64,000 nt of DNA from a virus (IMGVR_UViG_3300045973_000169:13000-76999); one strand, 5' to 3'. Positions 26,603-36,047 are shown, numbered from the stretch's first letter. Made by a program: numbers and translations. Notes: generated by a model not told the origin, from the letters alone.

Positions 26603-27509
26603 TAAAATTCAAGTATTCCAAGGAGAAAATCCTGATGTTTGGAAGTATGTATTTGAGAAAGATGATATATGTGTAGAAGCTGTTCTCTATAGATATGAGT
26701 CTTTTCAGAAACGTACTGTTCTTTGTATATCAGTCCAGAGTGGTTGTCCTGTTGGATGTGTATTCTGTGGTACTGGTAAGAAGTTTATTCGTAATTTAAC
26801 TGCTGATGAAATACAATATCAAGTTGACCATGTAATTAATTGGGTTTCGTCTCAGATTGATTGGCCTCTTAACTCTGTTTGTGAAAAATTTCAGATTATG
26901 TTTATGAGTATGGGTGAGCCTATGCTTAACTGGTCTGAAGTAGATAAAGCAATTCGTAGATTGAATGATACATATCGTAATGCTCAATTGCTTATTTCAA
27001 CTATTGGAGTTAAGGACTACAGTGCATTTTTTAAACTATGTGATCTATCTCGTGAAATAGGTAAAGTTGGCTTACAGTTCTCTTTACATTCAGGTGATGA
27101 TGAAGAAAGAGATGAAATTATCCCATTTAAAAACAAGATGTCTATTCGTGAAATTAGAGATGCTGGTATTATGTGGAATAGTTATACTCATAGACCAGTT
27201 TACTTGAATATATGTGTGGATGAATTTAATCTTTCTCCTGAAGAACGTGAGAGGATTAAGGATTTGTTTCCCCCAAGTATATTTAGTCTTACGTTCTCTG
27301 TTATATGCGAATATGAGAATGGACAAGTAGTTAACCAAACTTTGAAAGATAAGATTGATAGGAAGATGCAAAATATCATGGCTAACTTCCTTTGTCATAG
27401 TTATAATGTTCGTAAGTTTGATCCTGCTGGACAAGATGATATTGGGGCTGGTTGTGGTCAACTTTGGTACACTCAATCATGGATGAAGGAACATTTTAAA
27501 GGTAAGTAA
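26595..27509 (+). CDS. radical SAM enzyme, RlmN/Cfr-like (304 aa)
   Basis: CISVQSGCPVGCVFCGTGKKF matches the RlmN/Cfr VSSQVGCxxxCxFCxTG signature with the CxxxCxxC cluster; shorter than bacterial RlmN. Confidence 0.7.
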   Translation: MFSKIQVFQGENPDVWKYVFEKDDICVEAVLYRYESFQKRTVLCISVQSGCPVGCVFCGTGKKFIRNLTADEIQYQVDHVINWVSSQIDWPLNSVCEKFQIMFMSMGEPMLNWSEVDKAIRRLNDTYRNAQLLISTIGVKDYSAFFKLCDLSREIGKVGLQFSLHSGDDEERDEIIPFKNKMSIREIRDAGIMWNSYTHRPVYLNICVDEFNLSPEERERIKDLFPPSIFSLTFSVICEYENGQVVNQTLKDKIDRKMQNIMANFLCHSYNVRKFDPAGQDDIGAGCGQLWYTQSWMKEHFKGK

Positions 27510-27510
27510 G

Positions 27511-27648
27511 ATGGAAAAAGTTAAATGTGATTCATGTAAGGAAACTTTTACAATTAATATGTGGAGAGGTTATCTTAACCTTGAATATAATAGTGAATTA
27601 GAGGCATATGAAACAGTATGTCCTCATTGTGGGCATAAAGGATCATAA
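27511..27648 (+). CDS. zinc-ribbon mini-protein (45 aa)
   Basis: CDSC...CPHCGH; below the track's cutoff. Confidence 0.4.
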   Translation: MEKVKCDSCKETFTINMWRGYLNLEYNSELEAYETVCPHCGHKGS

Positions 27649-27858
27649 ATGTTAACATTTTGTTTAATAGTTTTAATAGTTTATCTAACTCCTACTTTAT
27701 TACTTTTAGCACTTTGTGTGTATTTAAGAACAATAGCTAAAGCAGATATTGATATAACACTTAAGAATACATTTAGTTGGTCTTTTGCTTGGCCCTGGTG
27801 GGTAATTATAGGGTTGATTGAAGACTTTAAAAGGAGAAGAGAAAATGATTCTAATTGA
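27649..27858 (+). CDS. small membrane protein (69 aa)
   Basis: Two TM helices. Confidence 0.5.
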   Translation: MLTFCLIVLIVYLTPTLLLLALCVYLRTIAKADIDITLKNTFSWSFAWPWWVIIGLIEDFKRRRENDSN

Positions 27859-28672
27859 TAATAGAGAAGTTAAGTTTGGTAAGTTTCCAAACGGTGAAAG
27901 TAATCTGAACTATAACACTATCGAATTCTGTCATGATAGTGATGTTATTCTTAAGTTTGAGTCTGATATTGATTTATTTAATCTTTATATTCTCAAGAAG
28001 TATATGGATTCTTGTATTTGCTATAATAAGATTTCATTAAAGGTTCTTTATTTCCCTTACTCACGTATGGATAGAGAGAATGATTTCTATACTTTTAATC
28101 TTAAGTATGTTGCTCAGATGATTAATGATATGAACTTCTATGAAGTTATTGTTGGGGATATACATTCAGATGTAGCTCCTGCTTTAATCAATAACTATAC
28201 TGGATATTCTTCTATTGATATTCTGTTTGAAACATTCAGAGATGAAATTGGTATTTCTGATTTTAGTATTATGTTCCCTGATGCTGGTGCACAGAAACGT
28301 TATGGAACTGGCTTTGCTTATCATACTCTTGTTGGATTTAAAGAGCGTGATTTTAGTGATGGGCGTATCCTTGGAATGAAAGTCTTTGGTGATGTACATC
28401 CTGGGAAGCCTGTTGTTATCATTGATGATTTATGTTCTAAAGGTGGAACATTTATTGGAGCAGCCAAAGCTTTGAAAGAAGCTGGTGCTGGTGATATCTA
28501 TCTTATTGTTGGACATTGTGAGAATACTATTGATGAAGGAGCTGTCTTTACATCTGGACTCATTAAGAAGGTCTATACTACTGATAGTATCTATAGTAAT
28601 CCTACAACTATTTGGAATACTTCTGATAGATTGTATGTCCATAAACTAATTGTACATGAAAAGAGATACTGA
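27845..28672 (+). CDS. ribose-phosphate pyrophosphokinase (Prs) family enzyme (275 aa)
   Basis: RBS aaaaggagaagagaaaATG; FGKFPNGES, VLYFPYSRMDRE (PYxxYxRQDR), FPDAGAQKRY and PRPP loop VVIIDDLCSKGGT all align to Prs motifs. Confidence 0.85.
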   Translation: MILIDNREVKFGKFPNGESNLNYNTIEFCHDSDVILKFESDIDLFNLYILKKYMDSCICYNKISLKVLYFPYSRMDRENDFYTFNLKYVAQMINDMNFYEVIVGDIHSDVAPALINNYTGYSSIDILFETFRDEIGISDFSIMFPDAGAQKRYGTGFAYHTLVGFKERDFSDGRILGMKVFGDVHPGKPVVIIDDLCSKGGTFIGAAKALKEAGAGDIYLIVGHCENTIDEGAVFTSGLIKKVYTTDSIYSNPTTIWNTSDRLYVHKLIVHEKRY

Positions 28673-29157
28673 TGAATATAATTCAATCTCCTAAGAATAC
28701 AAATGGATATGAAGTATATTCAATGTTTCTTGCTGGTGGTATATCTGGTTGTGATGATTGGCAGAAGTATGTATGTAATCAATTAGTTGAGCTATATAAG
28801 CCAAATGATGAAGTTTATATATTTAATCCTCGTAGAAAAGGCGACTTAACTAAAGAAGGAGCAATGGCTAGGAAACAAATTCTTTGGGAGTATAAGTATT
28901 TACAATTATGTGATTTTTATGCATTTTGGTTTCCACAAGAAACATTATGTCCAATAACTTTATTTGAATTAGGAAAATACGCTAATTGTAATGCTGTTGT
29001 TGGTATTCATCCTGATTACAAAAGAAGATTTGATCTTGAAATTCAGCTCCCTTTAATAAGTAAAAAGATTAAGATCGTTTATGACCTTGATGAATTTGTT
29101 GAAGCTATTGCAGAAAAAATGTTATTAGAAAGGAAAGATAATGGAGAATGTAATTAG
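28672..29157 (+). CDS. nucleoside 2-deoxyribosyltransferase-like protein (161 aa)
   Basis: MFLAGGISG and FELGKYANCNAVVG resemble NDT-family Rossmann motifs; moderate. Confidence 0.55.
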   Translation: MNIIQSPKNTNGYEVYSMFLAGGISGCDDWQKYVCNQLVELYKPNDEVYIFNPRRKGDLTKEGAMARKQILWEYKYLQLCDFYAFWFPQETLCPITLFELGKYANCNAVVGIHPDYKRRFDLEIQLPLISKKIKIVYDLDEFVEAIAEKMLLERKDNGECN

Positions 29158-29623
29158 ATTTTATGGTAAGAGTAAACCTTTCTTTGAAGGTAGTAACTTT
29201 TATCCTGCAAAATTTAAAGATAGTGCTGGTACTATATGGGATACAACTGAACATTATTTTCAGGCTATGAAGTTTGAAGCTGGATCTGAAATTCAAATTG
29301 GACCAGAAAGCTTTATCCCAATTCGTAAGCATATACATGATCAGCCTACTCCTATGAAAGCAGCAAACGAAGGACGTAGGAGAGATTTTCCACTCCGTAG
29401 TGATTGGGAACAAGTAAAAGACCAAATGATGTATAATGCATTACGTTATAAGTTTACACAGAATCCAGTATGTAAACAGGCTCTTCTTGATACTGGTGAT
29501 GCTGAGTTAATTGAAGCTTCTCCTGTTGATTATTACTGGGCAGAAGGTGCAGATGGTACAGGCAAGAATATGCTTGGTAAACTGTTAGTTAAATTACGAG
29601 AGGAGATCAGAAATGAACAATAA
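29141..29623 (+). CDS. NADAR / YbiA-like (DUF1768) domain protein (160 aa)
   Basis: FYG..FSNF..A.F...G..W.T.EHYFQAMKF, LRYKFTQNP, LLDTGDAELIEASPVDYYWAEGADGTGKNMLGKLL match the NADAR signature. Confidence 0.8.
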   Translation: MENVIRFYGKSKPFFEGSNFYPAKFKDSAGTIWDTTEHYFQAMKFEAGSEIQIGPESFIPIRKHIHDQPTPMKAANEGRRRDFPLRSDWEQVKDQMMYNALRYKFTQNPVCKQALLDTGDAELIEASPVDYYWAEGADGTGKNMLGKLLVKLREEIRNEQ

Positions 29624-31262
29624 GTTATTAGCTGTATTAGCATGTGATGGATATAAGATTGGTCATAAAGATCAAGATGCTCCTGGCGTTGAAAATAAGT
29701 ATTATACATGGACTCCTCGTTCAAACAAATATCTTCCTGAAGTTGAGAAGGTAGTTGTCTTTGGTGTTCAAGGTTTTATTAAGATTCATCTTCTTCAGTT
29801 CTTCAATGAGAACTTCTTTGAATTAGATAAAGAGTATGTTGTCTTTGAATACAAGCGTATTCTTAAATCATACTTGTTCAAAGAGGAGATTGATACAACT
29901 CATATTGAGGAACTGCATGACTTAGGTTACTTGCCTTTAAAGATTAAAGCTATTAAAGAAGGGATAAGAGTCCCAATCAGAACTCCTGTTTTAACTGTTG
30001 AGGTTACTAATGGGAAATTTGCATGGTTGGGTGGATATATTGAAGATATTCTTTCTACTTCTCTTTGGCAGCCAATGACTGTTGCTTCTATTGCTTATGA
30101 GTATAAGAAACTCTTTAAAGAGTTTGCAATGGAAACTGTAGGAAATACTGAATTCTGTAAGTTCCAAGGTCATGACTTTAGTTATCGTGGCTTGATGGCT
30201 GGTCTTGATGCTATTCAGGCTTCAGGTTCAGCTTGGTTACCTTTGTTTGTTGGAACAGATAATATTCCATCTATTCCTTATATGGAAAATGTCTATGGAG
30301 CTGATAGCTCTAAAGAGATTATTGGGTGTAGTGTACCTGCTTCTGAACACAGTGTAGCTGAGACCTATATGGAATTTGATGATGATGGCAATCTTATCCC
30401 TGGTTGGGAAGATGAATATCTCCGTAGATTGATTGTTGATATTTATCCTACTGGGATTGTTTCAATTGTAGCAGATACAATTGATCTCTTTGAGCTTATT
30501 ACTGTTAAGTTAGTTGCTCTTAAAGAAATCATTATGGCTCGTGATGGTAAGACTGTCATTCGTCCTGATAGTGGCAACCCTGCTGATATCCTTTGTGGAT
30601 ATGTTATTAAGAAATTAAATAACCCACTTAATGGTGATGCTGATAAGTACTATCTTCCTTTTGATCGTTGGACTGATGATGGATTTAATGCTTACCAGAC
30701 TACTGATGGAAAAGTTTATAACTTTGATCATAAAGAATTATCTATTGCTGAAACTAAAGGTGTAGTTGAACTTCTTTGGGAGATCTTTGGTGGAACTATC
30801 AATGCCAAAGGATACAAAGAATTAGACTCACACATTGGTACTATCTATGGTGATTCTATTACTATTTCTTTAGCTAGAGAGATCTGTAAAAGACTTAAAG
30901 CTAAAGGCTTTGCTAGTACTAACTGGGTTGCTGGTGTTGGTAGTTACAGCTTGTTAGGACAGTTAAGTCGTGATAGTCTTGGATTTGCACTTAAAGAGAC
31001 CTCTATTACTAGAAATGGTAAAGAGATAGCTGTCTTTAAGGATCCTAAGACTGATGATGGAACTAAGAAATCAGCTAAAGGACGTGTAGTAGTTGTACCT
31101 TCTCCTATTGGTGATGGTTCAATGCGTACTATTGATAACCTTACCAAAGAACAGGAAGAAAAGGTTGGAGCTTTCAACTTACTCCAGACTGTATTTGAAG
31201 ATGGTGTATTGCCTGCAGAAACAACATTAGCAGATATTCGTATTTGTTTAGGTGGAATTTAA
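29613..31262 (+). CDS. nicotinamide phosphoribosyltransferase (NAMPT/NadV) family enzyme (549 aa)
   Basis: N-terminal ACDGYKIGHKDQ matches the NAPRTase-family DSYK.TH signature; the size fits NAMPT-like enzymes. Confidence 0.8.
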   Translation: MNNKLLAVLACDGYKIGHKDQDAPGVENKYYTWTPRSNKYLPEVEKVVVFGVQGFIKIHLLQFFNENFFELDKEYVVFEYKRILKSYLFKEEIDTTHIEELHDLGYLPLKIKAIKEGIRVPIRTPVLTVEVTNGKFAWLGGYIEDILSTSLWQPMTVASIAYEYKKLFKEFAMETVGNTEFCKFQGHDFSYRGLMAGLDAIQASGSAWLPLFVGTDNIPSIPYMENVYGADSSKEIIGCSVPASEHSVAETYMEFDDDGNLIPGWEDEYLRRLIVDIYPTGIVSIVADTIDLFELITVKLVALKEIIMARDGKTVIRPDSGNPADILCGYVIKKLNNPLNGDADKYYLPFDRWTDDGFNAYQTTDGKVYNFDHKELSIAETKGVVELLWEIFGGTINAKGYKELDSHIGTIYGDSITISLAREICKRLKAKGFASTNWVAGVGSYSLLGQLSRDSLGFALKETSITRNGKEIAVFKDPKTDDGTKKSAKGRVVVVPSPIGDGSMRTIDNLTKEQEEKVGAFNLLQTVFEDGVLPAETTLADIRICLGGI

Positions 31263-31355
31263 AATTATAGTAGTGTCCAAAACAAAACTATCGGTATGTC
31301 GTGGCGTAAGTGAACCGAGCTACTATAATAACTTTATGAAAGGAGAAATAGGGAA

Positions 31356-31580
31356 ATGAGACTTTTTACAAAAACAAAAGAAGTAGTTTCAGTTGCATCT
31401 ATTATGTCTACGTTTAATGAAACAATCAGTAAACTGACATCACATGCATCTGATATGGATTCTAAAGCTGTTACTCATGCTGAAGAAATCAAAATTGCAG
31501 AAGCTAATAAAGCTAATGCAGAAAAAGAAGCAAATAAAGCTCGGTCTATTGCAGACAAACTTACAAAAATTGTAGAATAA
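31356..31580 (+). CDS. coiled-coil small protein (74 aa)
   Basis: RBS aaaggagaaatagggaaATG; KANAEKEANKARS repeats. Confidence 0.5.
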   Translation: MRLFTKTKEVVSVASIMSTFNETISKLTSHASDMDSKAVTHAEEIKIAEANKANAEKEANKARSIADKLTKIVE

Positions 31581-31591
31581 GGAGAAGTATT

Positions 31592-32467
31592 TTGTTTGAA
31601 CTTTTAAATTCGATAGTTATCCCAGATACTAAGATTAAGTTTAAGCATATCTTAATGGGAATTTTTATTTTCTTTACTCTTATCCTTACAAACTGTTCTT
31701 TCAGACGTGTCAAAATTGATGCCGGTGAACAGGGAGTAATTGTATCTCAACCTTATATCTTTGGTTCTGGTGGAGTAAGTGACACAGTTCTTCATACTGG
31801 TGGTTATTGGGTTTGGAAATCTAATGCTGTTTATGGGATTAGAATTCTTCCTCAGCAGGTATCAGAAGACTTTAAGGATATGATGTCTGGTGATAGTATC
31901 CCTGTGCAGTTTGATGCTCATTTGAATTATAGGATTATTGATCCTGTTGTTTATTGGAGATCTTGGGGTGAGCATTGGTATTCTTCTAATATTCAACAGA
32001 CCTTTAGGACTGTAGCTCGTGATGAGTGTAAGCGTTATACTATGTCTAGTCTTATTACAAATCCTGATACTACAAGGGCTATTGAGCTTAAAATTCTAGA
32101 AGCAGTCCAGAAATATGCTGCTGAAAAGAAAATGCCAATTGAATTTACAAAAGTAAATATTGGTAAGATCAATCCTAAAGATGATGTAATGGCCGAGATT
32201 GGACAGACTGCTGTACAGCAACAGAGACAACGTACAGAGCTTGATCGTAAGAAAGCAGAGGATAACCGTAGGATGACAGAAGTCTCTAGGGCTGCTGCTG
32301 ATAATGCTTATCGTGAAGCTATGAATCTTGCACCTGAACAATATATTCGTCTTGAAGCTGTTAAGGCTTATTCTCATGCTGCAGAGGAATGTGCTAAGAA
32401 TGATAAATGTACAATGATCCTTACTCAGCCTGGGAATGAAGTTAAAGCAACTATCCCAGCTCGTTAA
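31592..32467 (+). CDS. SPFH/band-7 (HflK/C-prohibitin-like) membrane protein (291 aa)
   Basis: TTG start after aaggagaagtatt; N-terminal TM then a QGVIVSQPYIFG...GDSIPVQFDAHLNYRIIDPV band-7 core and a coiled-coil tail. Confidence 0.65.
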   Translation: MFELLNSIVIPDTKIKFKHILMGIFIFFTLILTNCSFRRVKIDAGEQGVIVSQPYIFGSGGVSDTVLHTGGYWVWKSNAVYGIRILPQQVSEDFKDMMSGDSIPVQFDAHLNYRIIDPVVYWRSWGEHWYSSNIQQTFRTVARDECKRYTMSSLITNPDTTRAIELKILEAVQKYAAEKKMPIEFTKVNIGKINPKDDVMAEIGQTAVQQQRQRTELDRKKAEDNRRMTEVSRAAADNAYREAMNLAPEQYIRLEAVKAYSHAAEECAKNDKCTMILTQPGNEVKATIPAR

Positions 32468-32521
32468 TTAATCGTGGTTGGTCTCTACACATACCTTGAG
32501 ACCAAATAAAAAGGAGTGTTC

Positions 32522-32863
32522 ATGAAATTATTTATTATATTAATTTGTTTATTAATACCATTAAATTGCTATTCTGCCTATCCCGATATTACTGGTATTG
32601 ATACATTTAGATTCAATGTAGGTGCAGTTGATATGAATGATAGTACAGTAGTTGAAGGTTATTGTACTTGGGATACTACTAATTGGTGGACCTGGACACT
32701 TGAGACTTATATTGATGAACCTGATGGAGTATGGTGTTATTCATATACTAATTATGGAGAAGCGATACAGAAAGAGAAATATCATATAGCTCCTATAGTT
32801 GTAAGTGGTAAACCATTAATTATAAACAATAATAATAGGCTTATTATAAGGAGTTCAGAATGA
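32522..32863 (+). CDS. secreted protein (113 aa)
   Basis: Signal peptide MKLFIILICLLIPLNCYSA. Confidence 0.55.
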   Translation: MKLFIILICLLIPLNCYSAYPDITGIDTFRFNVGAVDMNDSTVVEGYCTWDTTNWWTWTLETYIDEPDGVWCYSYTNYGEAIQKEKYHIAPIVVSGKPLIINNNNRLIIRSSE

Positions 32864-33252
32864 CAATTATATGTTATTTATTGTTAGCTCATTTTTTAAT
32901 TGATTGGTGTTGGCAAACAGATTTTATTGCTCAGAATAAACATAGGATGTGGCAGATAATGTTTGCTCATTGTGCTGCTTGGTCTTTAGGTATAGGAGCA
33001 GTTCTAACCTATTGTGGGTTATTTGCTTGGTGGAAACTAGCAATGCTATTTATAGGTCATTGGATTGAAGATCTATGGAAAGCTAAAAAGGTTGCTTGTA
33101 TAAATGAGACTGGGATTGGATCTGGAGAGTTTCAGTTGTCAGGGTATAGTATTCAAGACTTTGATAAATGGAAGATGAAATACTTTTCTAAACTTCTTAA
33201 TATAGATCAAGGGTTTCATATCTTACAATTATTAATTTGTTTAGTATTTTAA
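32860..33252 (+). CDS. multi-pass membrane protein (130 aa)
   Basis: Three or four TM helices. Confidence 0.55.
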   Translation: MTIICYLLLAHFLIDWCWQTDFIAQNKHRMWQIMFAHCAAWSLGIGAVLTYCGLFAWWKLAMLFIGHWIEDLWKAKKVACINETGIGSGEFQLSGYSIQDFDKWKMKYFSKLLNIDQGFHILQLLICLVF

Positions 33253-33262
33253 AGGAGTATAT

Positions 33263-33481
33263 ATGGAAAATTTTGATTATTTCCCTGTTGTTATGGGATT
33301 ATTATTTGGAGCTTTTGTTACTGGCATTGGTTGGATGGGATTCTTTGAAATAAAACCAGATACAATAGCTAAAAATATAGGTAGAAATGTACTTGGTTGT
33401 TTTCTTTGGCTTATATCTGCATTGGAAGCTTTTATTGCAATAACTCTTTTATTTAAGATATTGTATAAGGTGATGTTATGA
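33263..33481 (+). CDS. small membrane protein (72 aa)
   Basis: Two TM helices. Confidence 0.5.
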   Translation: MENFDYFPVVMGLLFGAFVTGIGWMGFFEIKPDTIAKNIGRNVLGCFLWLISALEAFIAITLLFKILYKVML

Positions 33482-33669
33482 CATTTACAATTGGATATTG
33501 GATAATCCCATTAGCTCTGACTGCTTTGTTCTTTTATAATGCTAAGAAGAAAGCAGAGTATGATTCTCGTGGACAGTTTATGTTTGGTGGATTGTTCCAT
33601 ATATTGTATTTTGGTATAGCAACTATTGGAGCTTTAATCGCATGGCTTGTTTATTCATTTTTGAGGTAG
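33478..33669 (+). CDS. small membrane protein (63 aa)
   Basis: Two TM helices. Confidence 0.5.
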   Translation: MTFTIGYWIIPLALTALFFYNAKKKAEYDSRGQFMFGGLFHILYFGIATIGALIAWLVYSFLR

Positions 33670-33672
33670 AAT

Positions 33673-34173
33673 ATGAATTTAATATTAAAAGCATTAAGAT
33701 TTGCAGAAAATAAACATAAAGGACAGACACGTAAGGTTACTGGAGAAGAGTATTTTGTACATCCTTTAATGGTAAGTTATATTGTAGCTAACTATAAGAT
33801 GTCTCAGAACTTAGAGATACTTATTGTAGCTGCTATCTTGCATGATACAGTTGAAGATACAGATACTACTTTTGAAGAGATACTTAAAGAGTTTGGTATG
33901 TTTGTAGCTACATTAGTATTTGAACTTACAGATGATAAGGCTAAGAAAAGGAAGTTAGGAAACTTAGAGTATTGTAAATTGAGATGGTGTGGTCTATCTA
34001 ACTATGCTTTATATCTTAAACTATGTGATAGACTTTACAATATGTCTGATCATCCTACTAAAGAACAACAAGATACTACACTTCTTATACTTGATCATGT
34101 TGAGAGTAAACGTAAATTAACATTATCTCAACAGCGTGTTGTATTTGAAATAAGAAAGGTGATAAATGGTTAA
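33673..34173 (+). CDS. HD-domain small alarmone hydrolase, SpoT/Mesh1-type (p)ppGpp hydrolase (166 aa)
   Basis: ALRFAENKHKGQTRKVTGEEYFVHPLMVSYIV...AAILHDTVEDT matches the RelA/SpoT HD signature (HxGQxR...G.PY..HP..VA...HD.VEDT). Confidence 0.8.
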   Translation: MNLILKALRFAENKHKGQTRKVTGEEYFVHPLMVSYIVANYKMSQNLEILIVAAILHDTVEDTDTTFEEILKEFGMFVATLVFELTDDKAKKRKLGNLEYCKLRWCGLSNYALYLKLCDRLYNMSDHPTKEQQDTTLLILDHVESKRKLTLSQQRVVFEIRKVING

Positions 34174-34702
34174 AGATATTTATGTATTAGTTGGAGCTGC
34201 TGCTCACGGTAAGAGTACATGGGCTGGAAGTAAGACAACTGAATATTTTGCTAAGTGGATGGATGAAAGATCTAAAAATCCAAGTCAAACTGGATCTTAT
34301 GGATATGTAAATGCTGATATGATTAGGAAGCAGCTTTATGGTGATCCTACTATCCAAGGTGATGGCAATGAAGTATTTGGTAAAGTGTTTGAAGCTTATA
34401 CTGGGTTCTTAAGAAACAAGGCAGTTGATTTAATTATTGTAGACAATACATCTCTTAAAGTTAGAGATAGAAAAAGATATTATACATTGGCTCAAACTAT
34501 ATGTGAAGCTATGGGTTATGCTTTTAATTATCACCTTGTATTTTTCCCACCTCATTTTGAGAGAGCTTTAGTTTGGAATAAGCAAAGGAATCGTCAGGTT
34601 CCAGAAGATGTTATTGCAAGACATTGTGCTGTATATCAAGGACCAAGTGAATTTGAAAGAGAAAATTGTATAATCGAGACTGTTATACACAAAGAAAGGT
34701 AA
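34166..34702 (+). CDS. pnk: polynucleotide 5'-kinase, T4 Pnk kinase-domain-like (178 aa)
   Basis: P-loop VLVGAAAHGKSTWAG (T4: GCPGSGKSTWA); NADMIR and IIVDNTSLKVRDRKRY (T4: NRDDYR, IISDTNLNPERR); the C-terminal HLVFFPPHFERALVWNKQRNR region is colinear with T4 Pnk. Confidence 0.8.
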   Translation: MVKDIYVLVGAAAHGKSTWAGSKTTEYFAKWMDERSKNPSQTGSYGYVNADMIRKQLYGDPTIQGDGNEVFGKVFEAYTGFLRNKAVDLIIVDNTSLKVRDRKRYYTLAQTICEAMGYAFNYHLVFFPPHFERALVWNKQRNRQVPEDVIARHCAVYQGPSEFERENCIIETVIHKER

Positions 34703-34705
34703 AAA

Positions 34706-34936
34706 ATGGGTGAGTATAAGACAGAGAAAATTGTATCATTGAATACTCCAGGCTTTACTAGTATCCATGGTAATTGGAGATCTAGACCTAAGAATGGACG
34801 TTTATTTAATGAAGATGAAATTCGCTTGATTAGAGTCCAAGAAGGATCTCTTCGGCATTTAGCTGAAATCCATGGATGTAGTCAAGTCTTAATTCGCAAT
34901 ATTAAAAAAAGATGCATCTATGAAGATGTAATTTAA
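34706..34936 (+). CDS. hypothetical protein (76 aa)
   Basis: RBS aaagaaaggtaaaaaATG. Confidence 0.5.
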   Translation: MGEYKTEKIVSLNTPGFTSIHGNWRSRPKNGRLFNEDEIRLIRVQEGSLRHLAEIHGCSQVLIRNIKKRCIYEDVI

Positions 34937-34949
34937 GAGGAGAAATGAA

Positions 34950-35387
34950 ATGAAAAATATTATGATTCAACCGATTAACCGGTTTAAGAAGATTCTTGTT
35001 GGTGATGACTGTGGCGAAGTATTCGACCCTACACAGGGCAAATTTCTTACTGGGTGTACCGAGAGTTACATCTTTCAGAAAGAACGCTGTGGTGAGCTTG
35101 TAGCTTACAAAGAAGAAGGTTCTGATGCAGTGTATGTTGGCTTTGCTATTATGCATAAAGAAGATATGAAGAAAGGTTATGCTAAAGCAACTACTCGTGA
35201 GAAAGCTTTCCTTGTAGCTGATAAATCTTATCATGCTGACTTCTATACTAATAAGAATGGGGTTGTAGGTGTTCCTCATCTTATTCGTGATAATGTCTAT
35301 TACTTCGCTAAACGTATTGAGCGTTATTTCAAAGGTTGTACTGTCCCATTTTGGGTTAATGAAATTGTTGCTCATTACGAAGCATAG
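34950..35387 (+). CDS. hypothetical protein (145 aa)
   Basis: RBS aagaggagaaatgaaATG. Confidence 0.6.
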   Translation: MKNIMIQPINRFKKILVGDDCGEVFDPTQGKFLTGCTESYIFQKERCGELVAYKEEGSDAVYVGFAIMHKEDMKKGYAKATTREKAFLVADKSYHADFYTNKNGVVGVPHLIRDNVYYFAKRIERYFKGCTVPFWVNEIVAHYEA

Positions 35388-35487
35388 TAGTCAATAGTTA
35401 AAGCTTACTGTAGGTGAACCTACTAGCTGGTGGGCTGTGTAAGTTGTCTGTTTATAGCAGAGCAAACCTATTTATTAAGGAGTATAT

Positions 35488-35670
35488 ATGTTTGAAATAA
35501 TTGGTATTATGTTATGTATTCTTGCTATTTTACATATGCAATATCCTCACAAAACAAAATTTTACATAGAACGTATTATGATTTTATTTAACTACTGCCC
35601 TAACTGTAAAAAGTTTTCAATGTATACAATAAAGAATTATAAGGTATGTTCTAGTTGTCGTAAACGGTAA
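35488..35670 (+). CDS. membrane-anchored zinc-ribbon protein (60 aa)
   Basis: TM helix then CPNC...CSSC. Confidence 0.45.
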   Translation: MFEIIGIMLCILAILHMQYPHKTKFYIERIMILFNYCPNCKKFSMYTIKNYKVCSSCRKR

Positions 35671-35674
35671 TACT

Positions 35675-36025
35675 ATGTCTGGTGTATTATGTAAAGATAA
35701 ATCAGATAAGAAGTATGCGATGTTTAGACATTCAGTAAAGAATCTTCGTATTAGATATGGTATTAGAGCTGATGAAGAATTGTATTTTAAATTATGTAAG
35801 TATATTAAAAATGCTAAAGGAAACACAGAGTTTACTCATCCTGATGGGACAAGAGTTGTCTTTGTTGACAAGCAATCGTGTACTCGATCTGTATGGCGTA
35901 TATACTTCAAAGATAAATGTATAATTGCTGCTTATGATAAGACAAGACATATATTATGTACTGTCTTACCTGCTAATCTTAAAGATGAAGATATAATTTA
36001 TAAACGATGGTTAGAAGAAGAATAA
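35675..36025 (+). CDS. hypothetical protein (116 aa)
   Basis: ORF follows the upstream stop after 4 nt. Confidence 0.55.
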   Translation: MSGVLCKDKSDKKYAMFRHSVKNLRIRYGIRADEELYFKLCKYIKNAKGNTEFTHPDGTRVVFVDKQSCTRSVWRIYFKDKCIIAAYDKTRHILCTVLPANLKDEDIIYKRWLEEE

Positions 36026-36047
36026 TCTTATAAACAACGGAGAGTAT

